NCBI RefSeq assembly: GCF_009914755.1
Contig: NC_060926.1
Origin: the human T2T-CHM13v2.0 reference genome, Homo sapiens
DNA: 64,000 bases
Direction: 5' to 3' (one strand)
Shown piece after piece: positions 61,061 through 64,000 of this stretch. Every line of letters starts with the position of its first letter. The first letter of the stretch is position 1. The position numbers were made by a program, and so were the translations under genes. Below the pieces are notes generated by a model. That model did not search any database. It saw nothing but the letters and a program-made list of their open reading frames with translations, and was not told where the DNA came from.

Positions 61061-62612
61061 AGTAGTATTCTGGAAAATATTTAACAACCATCTCTCATTT
61101 AAAACAAGAAACAACAGGTGCTGGAGAGGATGTGGATAAATAGGAACACTTTTACACTGTTGGTAGGACTGTAAACTAGTTCAACCATTGTGGAAGTCAG
61201 TGTGGCGATTCCTCAGGGATCTAGAACTAGAAATACCATTTGACCCAGCCATCCCATTACTGGGTATATACCCAAAGGACTATAAATCATGCTGCTATAA
61301 AGACACATGCACACGTATGTTTATTGTGGCACTATTCACAATAGCAAAGACTTGGAACCAACCCAAATGTCCAACAATGATAGACTGGATTAAGAAAATG
61401 TGGCACATATACACCATGGAATACTATGCAGCCATAAAAAGATGAGTTCATGTCCTTTGTAGGGACATGGGTGAAATTGGAAATCATCATTCTCAGTAAA
61501 CTATCGCAAGAACAAAAAACCAAACACCGTATATTCTCACTCATAGGTGGGAACTGAACAATGAGAACACATGGACACAGGAAGGGGAACATCACACTCT
61601 GGGGACTGTTGTGGGGTGGGGGGAGGGGGGCGGAATAGCATTGGGAGATATACCTAATGCTAGATGACGAGTTAGTGGGTGCAGCGCACCAGCATGGCAC
61701 ATGTATACATATGTAACTAACCTGCACATTGTGCACATGTACCCTAAAACTTAAAGTATAATAATAATTTAAAAAAAAAACAATATAGGCATAGATAGAT
61801 GGACATATACATACAATTATTATAAATTATGACTAATATGAAGGATTCTTAGCATACAATTTGCAAATAATAATATATACAATATTTGTTACTGTAAATT
61901 ATATATAGCTAATTGAATCTCACAGAATGTTTTTGTTTTTACTAAACTGTTGCATTCACAGCCAACCTATGGCTGCAATTGATGAGCCACAGTATAGTTC
62001 TGACATAAATCTTGGTTAACACATTTTTTTATGTTAACAAGAAAGTGAAACAATGAAGATAAATATAGGAACTTCAGTAGTTTCTCAATGATGAAGTGAC
62101 TTCTTTGCTCTATCAGAGAATTGTTTTTGAATACTTGAAGAATATTTCCTCATTTTTGGGTCCATTCACACCGTGCTGGTTACAGTCAAGGCATACATTT
62201 AAGTTTAATGTGCATTTCCTGTATAACTGTCTAAGGTCGAGGCAATCAACAATCAAAAAACAATAAATCAAGCCTTTATTTGTAGTGCTCACCAGTTTCC
62301 ATGGTGTAACTATTCCCATCATGGCTAATTTCAAGCTACCAGGGTGACATCACTGAATACACTGAACTGAGAAAAGATATATAATGACAACAGCAGACCA
62401 CTGTAGAATATTTCTCCCATACAGACACAACAGACACAAACTTAAAAGCATAGATATTAGTAAAATGTAGTAAAATAATTATGAAGTAATGAGTTTTGAG
62501 TATTTATAAACTTTGTTTTTAAGATCTTTTATTTAGTACAGGTTTATATATAAATTAATTTTTAATGATGGCTTTCACAATTTTTGAAATTTTTTTATGA
62601 GCAAACCACTGG
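61061..62612. mobile_element. Arthur1/MER69-like hAT element interrupted by L1PA2
   Basis: agtagtattctggaaaatatttaacaacc start; tttccatggtgtaactattcccatcatggctaatttcaagctacc. Confidence 0.6.
61108..61776 (+). mobile_element. 5'-truncated L1PA2-like element (~670 bp)
   Basis: ORF2 C-terminus plus 3'UTR with gctagatgacGAGttagtgggtgcagcgc; short TSD aaaacaa (61101-61107, 61777-61783) at a TTT/AAAA site. Confidence 0.9.
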
Positions 62613-62666
62613 CCCTACTTCCCCTATATTCCCCCAGAAAAGTATATTTCAACATTATTCATATAC

Positions 62667-63078
62667 TGATAGGATTTGGAGGTGTGTCCCTTTCAAATCT
62701 CATGTTGAAATGTGATCCTCAATGTTGGAGGTGGGGCCTGGTGGGAAGTATTGGATGATGGGGGCAGATCCCTCGTGAATGGCTTAGCACCATCTCCTTG
62801 GTGATGAGTGAGTTCTCACTCAGTTCACAATAGACCTAGTTGTTCAGAGAGTCTGGGACCTCCCCCTTCTCTCTCTCTTGCTCCCTCTCTCACCATGCCT
62901 TTTTCCCCCTTGGCCTTCTGCCATGAGTAAAACCTCCCTATGGCCCTACCAGAAGCTGAGCAGATGCCAGCACCATGCTTCCTATACAGCCTACAGAACT
63001 GTGAGCTAATTAAACCTCTTTTCTTTATAAATTACCAAGCCTCGGGTATTTGTAGCAATGCAAAAATAAACTAACACA
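62667..63078 (+). mobile_element. MSTB-like solo LTR
   Basis: tgataggatttgg...ctaacaca; 5-bp TSD tatac at 62662-62666 and 63079-63083. Confidence 0.88.
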
Positions 63079-63489
63079 TATACTCATAAAGAGAAGTCTA
63101 TAATATGTACATTCGTGAGTAACCTGAACACCTTCCATCTTGCTAATGAGCTCTTCCAAGAAAAAGATAAATATTGCAGAGCATCAGGAAGATGTGCTGG
63201 AAATCTAGGTCATTTTGGTTGTATAAGGCCTTCCTATTCAAGCAGTAGGCCTATACTAAAGGCTTGGGCCCTGGTCCTCATGATTCAGCCTAAATATTTG
63301 TAAGACACCGTGTTCATTCAGTCCTACCATGAGCTCCTTTCATGATCATGGGACATCAGGCTGAGTTGTTTTGTTACAATGGATGCTTCGACCAAGAGGC
63401 CAAAATGGCTCTTCTCCACCTTGACTGTGCTGTAGCATTATTCTTATACCTAGAACAAGGTTCTGGTCAAGTAGGGACAATAATTAAGA

Positions 63490-63735
63490 ATAATAATGAT
63501 TATTTGCCAAATGTTTACTCTGTGCCAGGCACCACACCAAATGCTATATATACATCATTTCTTTAATTCTTAAAACAACCCGGTGTGGTGAGAATTATTA
63601 TTCCCATTTATAACAAGAAAACAGAGAGACACAAAGTAATTAGCAAATATGCCCAAGATCACACAAACAGTAAATGTTAAAGTAGGATTTCAACTGACTG
63701 TGTACCCCCAAAGCCAGTGCTTTGCTATACCACCT
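63490..63735 (-). mobile_element. MIR
   Basis: tttactctgtgccaggcac...tattattcccattt...gcccaagatcacaca. Confidence 0.75.
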
Positions 63736-64000
63736 TCTTCTTAGGTCTGAAGACCCAGGGTCTTTGAAAACCCATTAATAAAACACACAGATGCTGGTTC
63801 ATTCATTCTTCAACATTTCTCATTGATCCATTAGCCAAATGGTATCCACCTGTTTTCCAGCTGAAATTGTCAATAGCATCTCTTTTCACTGTCACAAGTG
63901 TCCTAGTTTAGGTGTTAAATTATATGTGGCTTTATATGTAGAAGAAGCTGTTCTGTGTGTAAGCAGAAACTGAGGCAAGCTGTGCCTCTGTCATATCTGC

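Overview
Hominoid (human-like) genomic DNA, AT-rich and dominated by transposable elements. I find no credible cellular protein-coding gene, RNA gene or CRISPR array. All protein-like ORFs come from a decayed HERV-H provirus (9221-15307, LTR7Y-type LTRs), LINE-1 copies (full-length L1PA3/4 at 33781-40005, twin-primed L1 at 49549-50916, L1PA2 3' fragment at 61108-61776) or a Tigger remnant. Main points: (1) a four-level nested insertion, old L1M > AluJ > HERV-H > 50-bp micro-L1, whose target-site duplications (TSDs) are still readable for the Alu and the provirus. (2) A possible + strand spliced non-coding transcript (donor at 2684; candidate exons 3088-3239, 6514-6571, 29607-29830), with the sense-oriented HERV-H and its intact splice donor inside a putative intron. 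(3) Several locally templated 'patchwork' insertions resembling polymerase-theta repair scars, plus a 38-bp segment apparently copied from 3.8 kb away. (4) Two different L1 copies rearranged at the same L1 ORF2 motif. Repeat subfamily names come from remembered consensus sequences and need RepeatMasker/Dfam confirmation. I cannot name the host locus and do not claim a new protein-based system.
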